A program made the translations under genes and the position numbers. A stretch of 64,000 nucleotides of DNA from the human T2T-CHM13v2.0 reference genome, Homo sapiens. The stretch lies in the NCBI RefSeq assembly GCF_009914755.1, contig NC_060933.1, one strand, 5' to 3'. The notes beneath the pieces are model-generated. The model was given only the letters and a program-made list of their open reading frames with translations, did not search any database and was not told where the DNA came from. Shown here in pieces: positions 17,895 through 34,998 of the stretch; position 1 is the stretch's first letter, and each line of letters starts with the position of its first letter.

Positions 17895-19369
17895 TGGTTC
17901 AACTATAAATATTACAGTATATAGCTGCTAATAGCAAGAGCAATGTCCTATTTATACACAAGAAAATTATCACGGGTGGAAATTATATTAAATACATTTT
18001 AATCATGCAAGTTATACAGGAATGTAGTACTTTTGAAAAAATCAAACGATTACCAGTAAATCTATTGTGTGTTTGTTCATCCCCAGAAGGCCATTATTAT
18101 CAGTGTGGTTTGTGTATTTCCAGACATTTTCCAAAGCAATCACATAAGTTTATTTTAAAAATGTATTCTCACATATTTTACTGATAAACCATTTAAAAGT
18201 AAATGTGCAAACAATAATTCTGCAATTCTTTAATAAGAAACATGCTGGAGACAAAGAAGGCAGGTTTTTTGGTAACCATATAACTGGCTAACCTCTTGGC
18301 AAACAAACTAAGAAGTTTCCAGGAAGGAATATCTGACCTACAGAATGCTTTTAGAAGAATGTATGTGCTGTGATTTCTTTTCTAGAGTTGTTTATAATAA
18401 AACCTAAATCTCTTTGACTCATGGGGCATAGTTTCCTGGACCATCTAAAGACAAAATGAGATATTTTGTGATCTAAATATCTCCTCTGTGTAAGTGAGAT
18501 GACCGCACATCTTACTCAGAATCATCATCTATTATCCTTGTTCAAAGCATATCTGATGTGGGAGGAAAGGACCCAGGGATTCTCACAGTGCTATCTGACC
18601 TTACCTTGCTCCACCTGTACCTCACAATAATTTTTATCCATAAAATTATTAGTTAAGTTTGCATAAGATCTCCGATGCATGTGAGTCTCATTTGATAATC
18701 TAATACTTTGTGTATTTTTAACCACAATAATGTGTTTTTATTTTTCAATTTAATATGTATTGGAAATCTTAGTGATTCAACACATGTTAATCTTTATCAT
18801 TTCTTTAACTCTTAGATATATCATATTTACTTAGCCATTTCTCTATTGGTGGACATTTAATCTATTTAATGGGCTTTTGACTATTTTTAAAAAGCTGTAA
18901 TTGACATCCTATTGCATTTTTTTGCACATATGTTAGTATTTCGTAAGACAGATGATGAGTTAAGGAAAATTGTGTGTATAAGTTATTCACATTGTAAAAT
19001 TTAATAGATATCAAAAATTTTCATCTAAAGTGGTCTTAAATTACAGATGTCAATTTGATATTATTAAACTTTGAAATATTTTGCTAAACCCATGGATTGA
19101 AAGTATAATTTTATGAAATCTTAGGTACCACAGGAAGAAGTATAAATTAATACAACTGATTTGAAAAAAAGTTAGTCTGTGATTAAATAAATATCCACAT
19201 ATGTTTGCTCCTAAAATTCCTTGGATAGTTATATGTTGTAGATAAACTTATGCATATAATTCTGAGAGCATATGTCCAAGTATTTTCATATTGACTTTGC
19301 TCCTAAGCACCCAAACTTTAAAATAACACAGATGTATATAAGGAATAAAATAGAAAATTCTCATCTATA

Positions 19370-19770
19370 TAAACAATCAAATATTATAGAGCAGTGAAAA
19401 TGAATAAATTACAACTGCTTGCAACAACAGGGCTGTCACTCATAAACATATGTTGAACAAAAGGAGTGTGGCACAAAATAATACAGAAAGAGGATTTCAT
19501 AGTAATTATCAAAGCAGGCCAAAAAAAACTAAGGTATGTTGTTCAGAGATGCATACATGCTATAACTTTTTGAAGCACAGCAAAAAAATTATACATAAAA
19601 CTTAGGGTGAGAGGAGCTTCTTTTAGGAAGGGACACTTTGGGGAGTCTGGGGCACTGATACAGTCTAATTCCTGGCCTAGTTTGGTTTACATGGGTTAGC
19701 TTTACAACCTGAATACATTTAAGCTTTACGGATGTCTTTGATACATGCTTTTGCGTCTCAAAATAAAAGG
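19370..19770 (+). mobile_element. Old L1 (L1ME/L1MC) 3' region
   Basis: gcagtgaaaatgaataaattacaact...ctcataaacatatgttgaacaaaag. Confidence 0.55.
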
Positions 19771-20749
19771 TTCTATTGTTTAAGTTTAATTTGTTTTAAT
19801 TGATTATTGAAAAATTTAATTATTTTTAAAATTTTAATTAAATTAGTTTAAATAAATAATTAAGGTCTTTAGAACTAATCTCTTGATTCTTTCAGTAAGT
19901 ACCTATTTTTACATTTTCCCACTTTTCTATTGATATATTTTTATTTTTCTAAATTATTTATAGATTTGTTTTGGTATACATAGTTTACGTATTTTCTCTT
20001 AGTAAAAAATATGTAGTAAAACTATTTTGCTAGAAGTGAAGACTTTAAATTTAAGTTAGCCAAATTAATCAATTTTTTTCCAGGCTATTTATTTTTTAGT
20101 CTTGCTTAAAAAGGCAAAATGGAGGCATACATTAGGTAAATATATTGAGAATGGGAATTTGAATCAGAAAGAAAAGGCAGCGATCAGTTGGAAATATCTG
20201 AATACATATTGCCTAATGGGCATGTCCTCTCTCTGACAAAAAGCCTGATCTGACTGCAAATGAGGCAAATTGTGGCCTGTAGCAGCATGAACCTCCTTCT
20301 CCACCAAAGGATTGCTCAGTAATAACAGTCTAGCAGAAACTCACCTTGAAAAAAAATGTAGACAACATGAAAAAAAGAACGAAAGGAAGAAAATCAACAG
20401 TCATTCGGAGAAGTGCCATCATTGTAAGTGCATAGGGTAAGATTTAAAATAACGTAAAGCAAATGAAAGATGTATAAAATACAAAAGAAAGACAGCAGAG
20501 AGCAATAAATAGAGTACTTCCAAATAAGTAGAATTAATATTCTCAGGGGAATGCCAGAAGTTATTGCATCCATTAATAAAGAAGAGGAAAGCTAAAAATG
20601 AGATCATTGAAGTAATGATGGATATATAATCTCTCAATAAATAATGATGAATTGCATATATAGTAAAAAGAAGGCTGAAATATTTTTAAGCATACGCTTA
20701 CATACTAAAATAAATGAGGTCAAATGAACAATACAAATACACTTCTTTT

Positions 20750-21206
20750 TGGACACTGACTTCTACTTGCACCTGCAGTTCTAGTCCTCTCTTTTCCACT
20801 ACACTTTCTGATCTTCTTAGTATGAATTCCAACAAGAGGCTTCCTTTTCTTCTGACTGCTGAGTAAATTCAATGAGTTAAAGTGAATGATTTGTATTCTC
20901 AGGAAAGCAGAGAGCAAGATCAAGTATTTTTAACACTGGCTTCCCACGGGTGATTGGCTTTGTCCCTTAAGCTTAGGTGGTTGCTCTTTTCCTGATGAGT
21001 CTACTTTATCCTAAAGTTAGTAAACTTGCTTTGTCACTGGCCCTTTCAAACTAGGGGTGATAAAAATCACTCTAACCAAAGGTTACTGCAGTCTCTTGTG
21101 CTCTTTCTCATCCCTTCAACAGCTTTGCAAAGAGACTCCAAACCCTCTCTGCATTATCCTTATTAAATTGCACTATCAGTTTCTTTATATGACCCCAACA
21201 AATACA
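20750..21206 (+). mobile_element. ERVL-type LTR (LTR40/LTR50-like), diverged
   Basis: ctaggggtgataa...catcccttc...ends gaccccaacaaataca; start uncertain. Confidence 0.4.
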
Positions 21207-23840
21207 TGAATCTCCTAGTTAGGGAAACTGATAGACTAAGAGTACTTTTCTTTCGTGTTCAAAGCTAGAAGGTAAGTATTTTCTAATAATGTGAAGCAGT
21301 TGAAATGACAATTTGGGTTAGAGCTGTGCTGTGGACTACAGCTATTTGAAAGTACAGTTTTATTTTTATGACAGTTTGCTCTCTGCTGTCTGGGATATTT
21401 ACATTTTCCTTTCCTATGGAGAAGGTCAGAGTATGATTGATTCAACATTAAAAATAACTTTAGATTGTTTTAAGTGAGGATGTTCTAAATGATAATATTT
21501 GTGAAGTCCTCTATTTTGATATTTTTCACTTAAGATCAGTGATTTAGAAATCAAGTGAAAATCTTGTTACCATTTGAATGAACATACTGATATTAATAAA
21601 ATGATAAGTACTTTACATGATCATCCAAGTTAGATTTTGACAGAATGCCTAGGGTCTTGGAGTACCCAGCTTTTGGCAATTCCTGGCTCTCTTTTTCATA
21701 TTCAAATTTGTAAAGAAAGTAGAGAAGAGTAAATGTGTGTAGGTGTCTTCCTCCTGGAAGTAGGCACAAACTGCATGGAAAACCAACCAAAAAATGGTAA
21801 CAGAAAAATATGATAACAATTTATTTAAAAATAAAATTCTTAGACTTTGTCATAACTAGAAGACTATCTAGAATTGTGAATGAAGTAAGGACCCCAAATA
21901 AAGACGCGTTTCTAATTCTTATATTTCTGGTCCATGCGGCAAATATTGGGTATGCTAGATGGAAGAAAAGGTGTTCAATATATAACATCCTCTTCCATAT
22001 CTCAGTTTTGATTCTATTAAAATTAATACAAGGAATATAGCAGAATAGTGAGAAACAAACACATTTAGTCTGATATAGGGGATGCAAATGAATTTGATTT
22101 ATATTCATGGCAGTTGAGCCTTCTAATATTGAATTCCAGAGTTAGTGCAGAAGCAAAGAATGTGTGCCTTCTGTGAGTGATTCCTAAATAAAAAGAACAG
22201 AGGCATATGTTTTTAACAAGTACTTATGTGGGATTCATAAAATTAATTTTTATATTATCCTCTCCCCTATCAACAAATTGTTAGGGACACCATGTCCGTG
22301 TTTTAAATGTTTATTAAAATTGCGTTGTATTTTAATCTCAACAATATCAATATAGATTTAATCCTCAGTCATGTATATCAACTTTTGTGAAAATTAATTT
22401 TATTTTCTTTCACTGGCATAAGTTTAATAGTTATTCAAAAAAAAAAAAAAACTCCTGGATTTTTTATTCCCCTGACTTTTTAAATGTTTAAAAGATGGCT
22501 GTTTCTTACCTTCATGTGATTAGGGGACCTTATGTTAAATTCTTGAGTTATGCTTTCTGCAGACTTTAGGTAGACAGAGTTTCACTGGTGAGGTAAATTT
22601 TTTTAAACTGTGAAATGCACAGATCTAAAGTTTACAATTCAATAACTTTGGACAAATACAAAGACCCATATAATCAATACCGATTCAAGCTACAGGCATT
22701 TTCCTCACCTCAAAAATTCCTTCATGCCTTTCCACGTAAATCTCATTCACACATCAAATCTTTAATCCATTCTTATTTTCATAACCATGGATTAGTTTTG
22801 CCTCTTCTGGAATGTCATATAAATGGAACTTTATGCCATGTAATTTTTTTTTAATTTGTCCAACATAATAAGAATAGATATTCAACTTTTTTATTTTATT
22901 CAATATAATATTTTATAGAGGCCCAGACATTTTGTTACACGTCAATATCTGATTTGTTGTTGTTGTTGTTAATTCTGAGTACTGTAGTGTCCACTGTATG
23001 AATATATACAATTCGTGTATCCATTCCTTTATTGAAGGTTGTTTGGGTTGTTTCAAGGTTTAGTTTTAAGAATAAAACTGTTCTAATAAGTTTTGAATAA
23101 ATCTTTGTCGTGGCATCAGTTATTATTTCTTTTGTATACATAACAGAGAAAAAACTTACTGGGTCAAAGAAAAATATATTTTAAACTTTATAAGAAAATA
23201 ATTAAGTGTTCTCTGGAGTGTTTGCCCCATTTTACACTCTTAAGAAACAAAAAGACTTCCAGTTGCTACATGTCTATAATTTTTGGTATTGTCAGTATTT
23301 TAAAATTTCTTTAAATAATTTCTAGTGAATGTGCAATGGCTGTCATTGTCATGTATATTTGCATATTCCTAATGAATAATGATGTCCAGTGCCTGTTCAT
23401 GTGACATTGCATATCTCCCTTTGTAAGATATTCAAGACCCATGCCTATTTGGGGAGAGGCTGTTAGATGTTTTATTACTGAATAGTATTACTTATTAAGA
23501 TCTTCTAAGTCATTTGTATGTATTAAAAATAATTCCTCTGATTCTGTGTCCTGCCTTTTAATTTTTTTCAATGCTTTCTCTTGATGAGTAGAAAATCTTA
23601 TTTTGAGGAAGCCCTATTTATATAATTTTTTCCTTTAAACCTACATTTTTTGTTTGTTTTGTCTGAAATATTTTTGCCTCCCTAAAGATGTAATATTTTG
23701 CCTCCCTAAGATGCAAGATTGTTCTCTTATATGCTTTATAGTATTAGTTTTTATATTTATGTTTCATATTTATGTTTATGAGCATCTCAAATTGGATTCA
23801 TCACAAATTTGTAAATGATATGGGATAAACATTGACGTTA

Positions 23841-23987
23841 GGCTAAGCATGATGACTCACATTTGTAACCCCAGTGCATTAGGAGACTGAAGAAGGAGGA
23901 TTTCTTGAGCCCAGGAGTTCGAGGCTGCAGTGAGCTATGATTGCACCACTCCAGCCTGGGCAACAGAAAAAGTTAGAAATAAAAAAA
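23841..23987 (+). mobile_element. Free Alu monomer (FLAM/FRAM)
   Basis: Monomeric ggctaagcatgatgactcac...cttgagcccaggagttcgaggctgcagtgagctatgattgcacc...A tail. Confidence 0.85.
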
Positions 23988-24561
23988 TTAATTTGATTTT
24001 CATAAATTTATCTAGTTGTTTCAGATTTGTTGTAAAAATATGTGCTTTCTATTGTCCTTTGTCTTCATAGAAAATCAGTTCATCATCTATGTTAAACATG
24101 AACATATTTATGGATGCTCCATTTTTTAACATGCAGCTTTAAAAATCTTAAAATAATTTAATGTTACTTCTTTGATTATATTCTTTTCCAAGATTGGTTA
24201 AGTTACCTATGTTCCTTTGTATTTCTGCATATTTATATACATCTTGACATCACATTGTTTATTTTTATTTTGCAGTAAAATCTGATGTGATTTTCATCAG
24301 AGTTGAAATACATTTGTAGATCAATATAAGGTGGATGGATATCTTAATATAAATAACATATCAATAAGAACATGTATAGATCTACGTTTTCTATTTTTTC
24401 TTAAAATTTCTCAATAATATTTTTCAGCTTCTAGATAAAAGACCTACGCATATTTTGTTGCCTTTATTCCTAAGAATTATATGCTTGTGATTATTCTATT
24501 GTGAATAGAATTTATTATTATGTTTTAATGATTCATTATTAGTATGCAACAACACATTTTA

Positions 24562-25334
24562 CCGGTTAAGAACTGCTTATCCAAAATGCTTGTCGAATTA
24601 ATGCAAAAACAGCAAACTAAATACCACGTTTTCACTTATAAGTAGGAGGTAAACATTTGGTACCCAAAAACACAAAGATGGGAACCATAAACACTGGAGA
24701 TTCCAAAAGGGAAGAGAGAGGGAGCTGGCCAACTGTTGAAAAACTATCTATTGGGTCTTATGTTCACTACATGGGCGATGAGATCATTAGAAGTCCAATA
24801 TTCAGCATCACACAGTATACCCATGTGACAAACGTTCAGATGTACCCCTAGAATCTGAAATAAAATAAAACAATCAGTTGCCAATATACAAATTGAAGTT
24901 GAATTCAACTCATGCTGCACTCTTTTCCCTGTTGCAATCATTATTACTGATTAAAATCTGTCCTTACCACTTTAACTAGTGTCCTCATTCGTTTATTTTT
25001 AATACAAGAGGCCCTTCTGCCTTGCTTACTTACGTATTTCCAATGTTTACACAGTTTTTGTTCATAGTGTTTGCTTAATAGGTATTTGTTAAAAAAAATG
25101 AGCACATATAGTGAGTTAAAAAATGCTTGGGACCAGAGGTATTTCAGATTTCAAATTATTTTCAGATTTCAGAATATTTACATTATACTTACAAATTCAG
25201 TAGTGCTAATCCAGAAATCCAAAATCTGTAATGCTTAAGTGAACATTTCCTTGAGCATCACGTCAGCTCTCAAAAAGTTTCAGCTTTTAGAGCATTTCGG
25301 ATTTCAGATATCTGGATAAGGAACACTCAACATG
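24562..25334 (+). mobile_element. Tigger4a (MER46A-type Tc1/mariner), split by an insertion at 24593-25119
   Basis: Left piece ccggttaagaactgcttatccaaaatgcttg joins right piece aaaatgcttgggaccagaggtatttcagatt...ggaacactcaacatg. Confidence 0.85.
24593..25119 (+). mobile_element. L1 3' end (L1PA16/L1PB-like, to ~24871) plus ~250 bp of non-L1 sequence inside one TSD
   Basis: TSD aaaatgcttg at 24583-24592 and 25120-25129; L1 3' UTR motifs; then an LTR end and an L2 tail. Confidence 0.75.
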
Positions 25335-25644
25335 CACTTTTATATATTAACCTTGTTTGCTATAAATTTCATATATATATATATTATTTAGTTCTAGTAG
25401 CTTTTGAAATGTATTCCTTAGTTTTTTTTCCATAATCATCTCATTTTCAAGTAAAGACAATTTTGTTTTTCCTATTCAATCATTATGCCCTTTATTTTTC
25501 TTCTTTTTATAATGGTTAGTGCTTACAGTAATGTGTAGAAGAATAGTAGTGAGATGAACATTATTTCTTTTTTCCTGATTTTATGTGGAATTTTTCAATA
25601 TTGCACCTTTAAATAGTACCCTGCCTGAAGATTTTTTGTAGATT

Positions 25645-26075
25645 GTGGAAATAAATAACACCTAATAATAACAGAGAGAATCTATATTTCTTCAGACTTT
25701 TTATAACAAGGAAGTCAGCTGTCATCATATATGTTTTGCAGAGACTCAAAGAAAGGCTGAGGAATAGGAAAGTTTTGTACTTGGAAAAGGAAAGCTTTTG
25801 GATATGCTCTGCCTTAAGGTTGTATGGGGAAGCTGAAGATGGACTAAATAAATAAGAGGAAATGGAGCATCTTATGTGATCAGTCAGAAAGCATACTTGA
25901 CTTTCTCTGATGGGTCCTGAGTTGGCAGCGGGGGCAAAAATAGGGAACCTGGCAATCATTAACTAAATCCTATTCATTTGGGGCTGGTTGATGCAGAGGC
26001 TGTGGTTTGGCTTCCCAGGCTGGTTGCTACAAAGATGTGGGTCAGAACTCTATTCTTATATATGGTCTGGCTACC
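25645..26075 (-). mobile_element. ERV1 LTR (MER89/MER90/MER110-like), 3' LTR of a fragmented provirus
   Basis: gactttctctgatgggtcctgagttggcagcgggggcaaaaatagggaacctgg motif; polypurine tract-like AAAATGGGAGGAGGGG on the minus strand at ~26074-26089. Confidence 0.6.
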
Positions 26076-26089
26076 CCTCCTCCCATTTT

Positions 26090-26495
26090 GTCATTAACTA
26101 GCTTGTGAGGCATTGACCAAGCCAATTCAGGGAAGTTTAGAGATTCAAATCTTCACGACTTAGAGACTGTTTAGTTGTCTCTATTGTCAACCATATTATG
26201 AGATGTTCTTGAACTTTTTGCAATTTTGTAGTAAGGGCGATCTTCTGGTGAGAGGGCTGCTATAAAAAGGAAGTTAAGACTGAGTTGAATGCAATTGGCC
26301 AGCATCATGACTACTATGACAAAAACAAGAACAATGAGTAGTTCCTATAAAATGCTTCAGAAATAAAACCCCAGTTGTCCAACTCAAGTCAAGAGAACAA
26401 ATCTTTCAGGTTATGACGATCAGCCATAGAGAGCCAAGTAACTTCTTCCTTAAGGCAATATATAGCTTATTCCATCTTGCTGTATTAATCATGGC
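26090..26495 (-). mobile_element. ERV1 internal remnant, env TM subunit (degenerate)
   Basis: Minus-strand translations KME*AIYCLKEEVTWLS, LKDLFS*LELDNWG, SIL*ELLIVLVFVIVVMMLANC resemble the gamma-type env ectodomain end and membrane anchor. Confidence 0.6.
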
Positions 26496-26499
26496 TATT

Positions 26500-27030
26500 G
26501 TTTTTGTTTTGCTTTGACATCATGAGACCATATGGGTTTCAAGACAGAGTGCTCCTCCTAGGGTTAGCTAATTTCTAGAAATACTAAACAACTTGCCTAT
26601 GATCATGTTATTTATATGCAAACCAATCAATCCAGAATCCACACCCTCACTTGACTCTTATTATATGGCTCCTGTGGTCTGGGACATTATCCCTCTGCTT
26701 TCGTCACCCCAGAATCAGGTGCTGGAACACTAGGGACTAAATTACACAAAAAGTACTCACACTACCCAGTCTTAAACCTGCTCAGCTGCTTACACTGTCT
26801 CACTCATTCCTTCCAAGGAAAACCATATTAAATGCTCTGGCTCATGCTTTAGTCTTGCTCCTTTTGCCTTCACTGACTCTGGTACTTCCCCATATGGCCC
26901 CAGTGCATGATGTGCTGTGGCTTCTGTTTCTAGGGCTTTATGTGTATAAGAACACGTGACAGTCATTTCTGTCTCTGCAAGTCTCTCCATAATTAAATGG
27001 AGACAAAAAGAAATCTAGAGCAATGAAACA
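26500..27030 (+). mobile_element. ERVL solo LTR, MER74-like
   Basis: tgttttgctttgacatc...cctcctagggttagctaatttctagaaata...atatgcaaaccaatcaatccaga...ends aaaca. Confidence 0.7.
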
Positions 27031-27038
27031 GTGTAGTT

Positions 27039-30482
<3,444 letters not shown>

Positions 30483-31277
30483 AGTGTAGTTTTTGAGTCA
30501 TCATTGCTATAATGGTTAAGTCCAATAGGCCAAAGGCATGAAAAAGTAGTTATGGGGTGCTTCTACCATGTTTCAGATATGTTTTTCCCTTTGAAGTGAC
30601 CCATTCACATAATGCCCTTGGCCTGCTTTCCCCATCCACTCACTTTGCCCCGGCAAAATGGAATGAGGTACTTATTCAGAGAGTTTAAACAAAAACTTGA
30701 GGATGCATAACCCAGAATCATTCTTACCTTCTGCCTCTCTGAGGCTCAGAGAAAGCTTACAGTCTGCTCTCCTAAAAACATGTGCATTGCCTGTCAAAGG
30801 AGTTCTGTTCTAGTTCAATGTTGTTTCTGTCTGAGTGGGTTCATCTATATAACACTGAGATTCAAGTTTAGGAAGCTGACTCATGTCCATATATGAATCA
30901 CATTCTGCAAGATCTGCTTTAGTTGTGTTAAATTTATTTTGCTTTCTTCCCTTCTTGTAAGAAACCTATACTATAAGAACTCTAACTTATGATTTTATAA
31001 TCTGTTCTCTTAACTTTGAATGTACTTTAGGAACAAATATGCATAAACGTTAATCAGTTTCTCTATACAAAATTATTTTTATCTTCTGTTATAATTAAAT
31101 ACAATCATTTCTTAATAGTCAGTTTGTATAAAATCTTTATCAATTATCTCTGTCTATAAACTTTAGGAAAATATGTAAAATCTTGTTCTACATATTTTGA
31201 AAATGGTTATTTCTTTATGGTGAGAATTTGGATGATAAATTTAGTTTCATCTTCATTACTTATACTATTTATTGCTT

Positions 31278-31693
31278 TCTTGTTAGACTGCTCAGGCTGC
31301 CATAACAAAATGCAATAAACTTGGTGTCTTATACAACAAAATTGTTTCCGCATAGTTTGGAGGCTAAGAAGTACACGATCAGCATACACATAGTCAGTTT
31401 CTGCTGAGGGTATTCTTCATGCTTGTCACACAGATACCTTTTGTTGTGTTCCCAAAGGGAAGAGAGATAGAGAAACACACAGAGAGACAGAGACAAAGGA
31501 AGTGTACAAGAAAGTGCTCTTCTGTGTCTTTTATAATAAATTCACTAATTCCATCATGAAGACTCCATCCTCATGGTTTCATCTCAACCTTTTGACCTCC
31601 AAAGGCCCACATCTCCAAAACCATAATACTGGGGATTAGGGCTTCAAAATTTAAATTTGGGGTGGGAGGGACACAAACATTTAGTCCAAAATA
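31278..31693 (-). mobile_element. MaLR LTR, MLT1A-like
   Basis: ctcaggctgccataacaaaat...ggaggctaagaagt...ggggattagggcttcaa...gacacaaacatttagtcc. Confidence 0.8.
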
Positions 31694-32543
31694 TTTGCAT
31701 TTTAAATTAATGACAATCCATTCAAACTAAAAAATAGGGTCATTATTATTGATTTTCAAAAAAAGAAATTTGAAAAAAAAGATTTGTCTCTGATTTACTC
31801 TTTGAAGAGAGAGTCACATATTGTAGAAAGTGATTGTTAACAACTTCCCCTTAAAAATAGTTTGCCAATTTTAAACCAAAGAAAATCCCAATAATCTATA
31901 GTCCCATACCATTAAGTGTACCTAAAAATTGTCATCCTATGAAATGTATACATTATCTTACAATGCATTGTGAAGAATGCCTAGGATTATTAGAATTACT
32001 AAATGAGCAAAGTTAATGGATATAAAATAGAATACAAAATCAATTTTCTATAATTAACAGAAATATTTAAGAAATACAATTTCAAAAGTAAACTTCAGTA
32101 GCTACTAAAGCAAGATTGTTTATAATAAAAAGACAATGTATCTCATTCTCACTCTATACATCTCATCAAGAATATAAATTTGAAACACAAAGCTTTAAAA
32201 TTTTAAAAGCAATTTAGCCTGAATCTCAGAGTATGAAAAAAATTTTCAAACCAGCACAAAAACTGACTGGAGCAAGATGATTTGTAAGTTTGGTCCCACT
32301 CATATCAAGAGTATCTGTTCCTTCTAAATCACCATTGGTAAAATGAAAAATCATCATAAACAGCATGGCAACATTTGCAAGTACATAACAATCTATTAAA
32401 ATTCATGATACAATTAATTTCTGTTAAGGATTTAGAAAAAGACATAAAAATTAAAATAGGAAAATACATAAGCAGACTTTTTAAATAATAAAAAAGTTAA
32501 AATATATGAAATGGTACCAAAGCTTATTATTAATTCAAATTAA

Positions 32544-32876
<333 letters not shown>

Positions 32877-33377
32877 TAATTTCATATACCTCACATTATA
32901 AATTTTCAGACTGCATTTATTTTTGTGTGAGTTTGGATGTAGGGCAATTCAAACTTTTATATACTACTATTGGCATACAAATTAATGTGATTACATTGTA
33001 CAACAATTTAACATTATCTAATAATGTTGATCATGTGCCAACCCTGTGACCCAGGAATTCCATTTCCAGAGACATCTTAGCTCTTGCATTTCTGGTGACA
33101 AGTACACAATAAGCAAAGTAGCATTGTTAATTTTAAAAAATCACAATAGCATTGAAAATTTCAGAAAACTGAACTAATTAATGTTCACAAGAAGCAGAAA
33201 AATAAAGTGTTATCTACTCATTCCTTGGAATAGTGACACACATATCAGATTGGCTTATTCCGAGAACAGTACTTAGAGAGAAAAAAAAGCAAATTAAATC
33301 GAAGAGAACCAACAGGATGAAAGATTTGCTCTATTAGACATCGAAACTTTATAACATACAGCAATTCAGACACATCT

Positions 33378-33864
33378 TGTTCTTGAAGATGGATAGTATG
33401 CTGGAGTCACCTTACCTCAGCTTCTGGCTACGAAGTCTCCCCTGAACTCCTCATGAAGATGGGCTTTACAAATACAAACTAACCAATTCCCAAACAAATA
33501 CTCTATAGGGCTGTCACACTCCAGGCCACTGTGCTTCTGTCCTAATCACGCTAGGGCCAAAAACCAGAGAACCAGGGACAGCTCTTATGCCCCAGAGCCC
33601 ACTGAAATTATTCAAACGAGCTGGTCCTAAGCTTGTTTACCCTGCTTGGTTTCTTCCTGCAAACACCACAGTCTAGGGTCTTGCTCGTGAATTCCTCCCT
33701 CTCTCTGTTTCCTGATGGACCTGAGTTCTTCCCTGTAGTCTCCCCTGGCGTGACATGCTCCCTTCTCTTGGAAATTGTGAGTATCTTTTCAATGGCAATT
33801 GTCTTCTGATCTGTTTGCCTTACTATACCTTAGCTTTTCTATTAATATGCTATATATTAAAACA
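33378..33864 (+). mobile_element. ERVL solo LTR, MER73/MER74/MER88 family
   Basis: caaactaaccaat...cacactccaggccact...ccagagcccactgaaattattcaaac...ends atattaaaaca. Confidence 0.7.
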
Positions 33865-34943
33865 ATATTTGATATAGGTGAAAAATTGAGAAAAGATATT
33901 CTAAAAGATGGTAAAGCAGAATCACGCACAAAGAGTATGTGAAAAGGAATGAGGTAAATACAAATAGAATGACATGGCTAGTGTGTGTGGTTGGTGGGAA
34001 AATAAAGAGGGAAATGATGTGTTTTAAGTTTGAGGTTAGAAAATTAGAGTAAAATTGAGAAATACGGTTTTAAGTTCAAACTATTGAATCTATTAAATCT
34101 AGAAAAATCAACAATAAAGTATCTATTTAGAGTAATAACTAAATCTGCTTTTCCTTTTTTCAATTAAAATAGAAACAAATATTGTGGCATTATTTTTATT
34201 GTTGTAACCGTTTTGGGCTGCTTTTGAGTCTTTGTTTTGGGAAAGTTTTTATTTTTAGGTTATTTTTCTTTTGTGATATTCTAGACAACCTCTTGTATAA
34301 ATGTTAAAATGTAATTTTACTACCTTTGAGGCATATTTTAATGTGCCCTAGTTATTAACAAATTTATTCAAGATTAAGTACTATATTTTTAACTTCTTAA
34401 AAAAATTAATTTCTTTCTATGCAATGATTGACCTTGAAAATACAAAAGTATGTACAGTATGCACATAATATTCATACTGAATCTAATTGTTTAACTGTTG
34501 TTTAATTCATTTAATCATTCATTTTTCAAGGGAAACATATTGAATAATTAGGTAAAAATTTATCAGCAGCCACTGTGTTAGTTTGGTAATTTTGTATGCA
34601 AGATAGCACATTGCAGTCTTGAGGAAAGACATTTCCTTACTAAGATAGCTATTAATTCAAATTCTATATTGTTTTAAACAATAAAAATTCAAAATACGTG
34701 TTTTGATAAGAAAGGAATTTGAATTTGCCAATAGTTGCTTTCTCATTTAATTTTTAAAAAAGAAAAAAGTCCCTATCTTCGAATAGACAACTTTATTAAA
34801 TCTGATGAATTTTTGTAAAGTCTGTTTAAGTTGTTTCTGCTTTGATTGGTTAAACAACTAACTTTTAAAACAATGTTAGAAACTAACATATTATATATAT
34901 TTCAGGATATCTTATAATATTATTTTTCTATGTAACTGTACTT

Positions 34944-34998
34944 GTATCTATGTCTATATCTGTATCTGTATCTGTATCTGTATCTATCTATATCTGTA
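34944..34998 (+). repeat. (TATCTG)n/(TATC)n simple repeat
   Basis: Directly visible. Confidence 0.9.

Larger units (their letters stand above)
22596..25640 (-). mobile_element. Old L1 (L1MD/L1ME-type) hosting an Alu monomer, Tigger4a and a younger L1
   Basis: gtgaaatgcacagatctaaag, catataaatggaac and other L1M 3'-end antisense motifs. Confidence 0.65.

Noticed and set aside
18244-18710. GC-richer LTR-like segment inside old L1
   Set aside because: I could not assign a family, termini or TSD by eye; it needs a Dfam scan.
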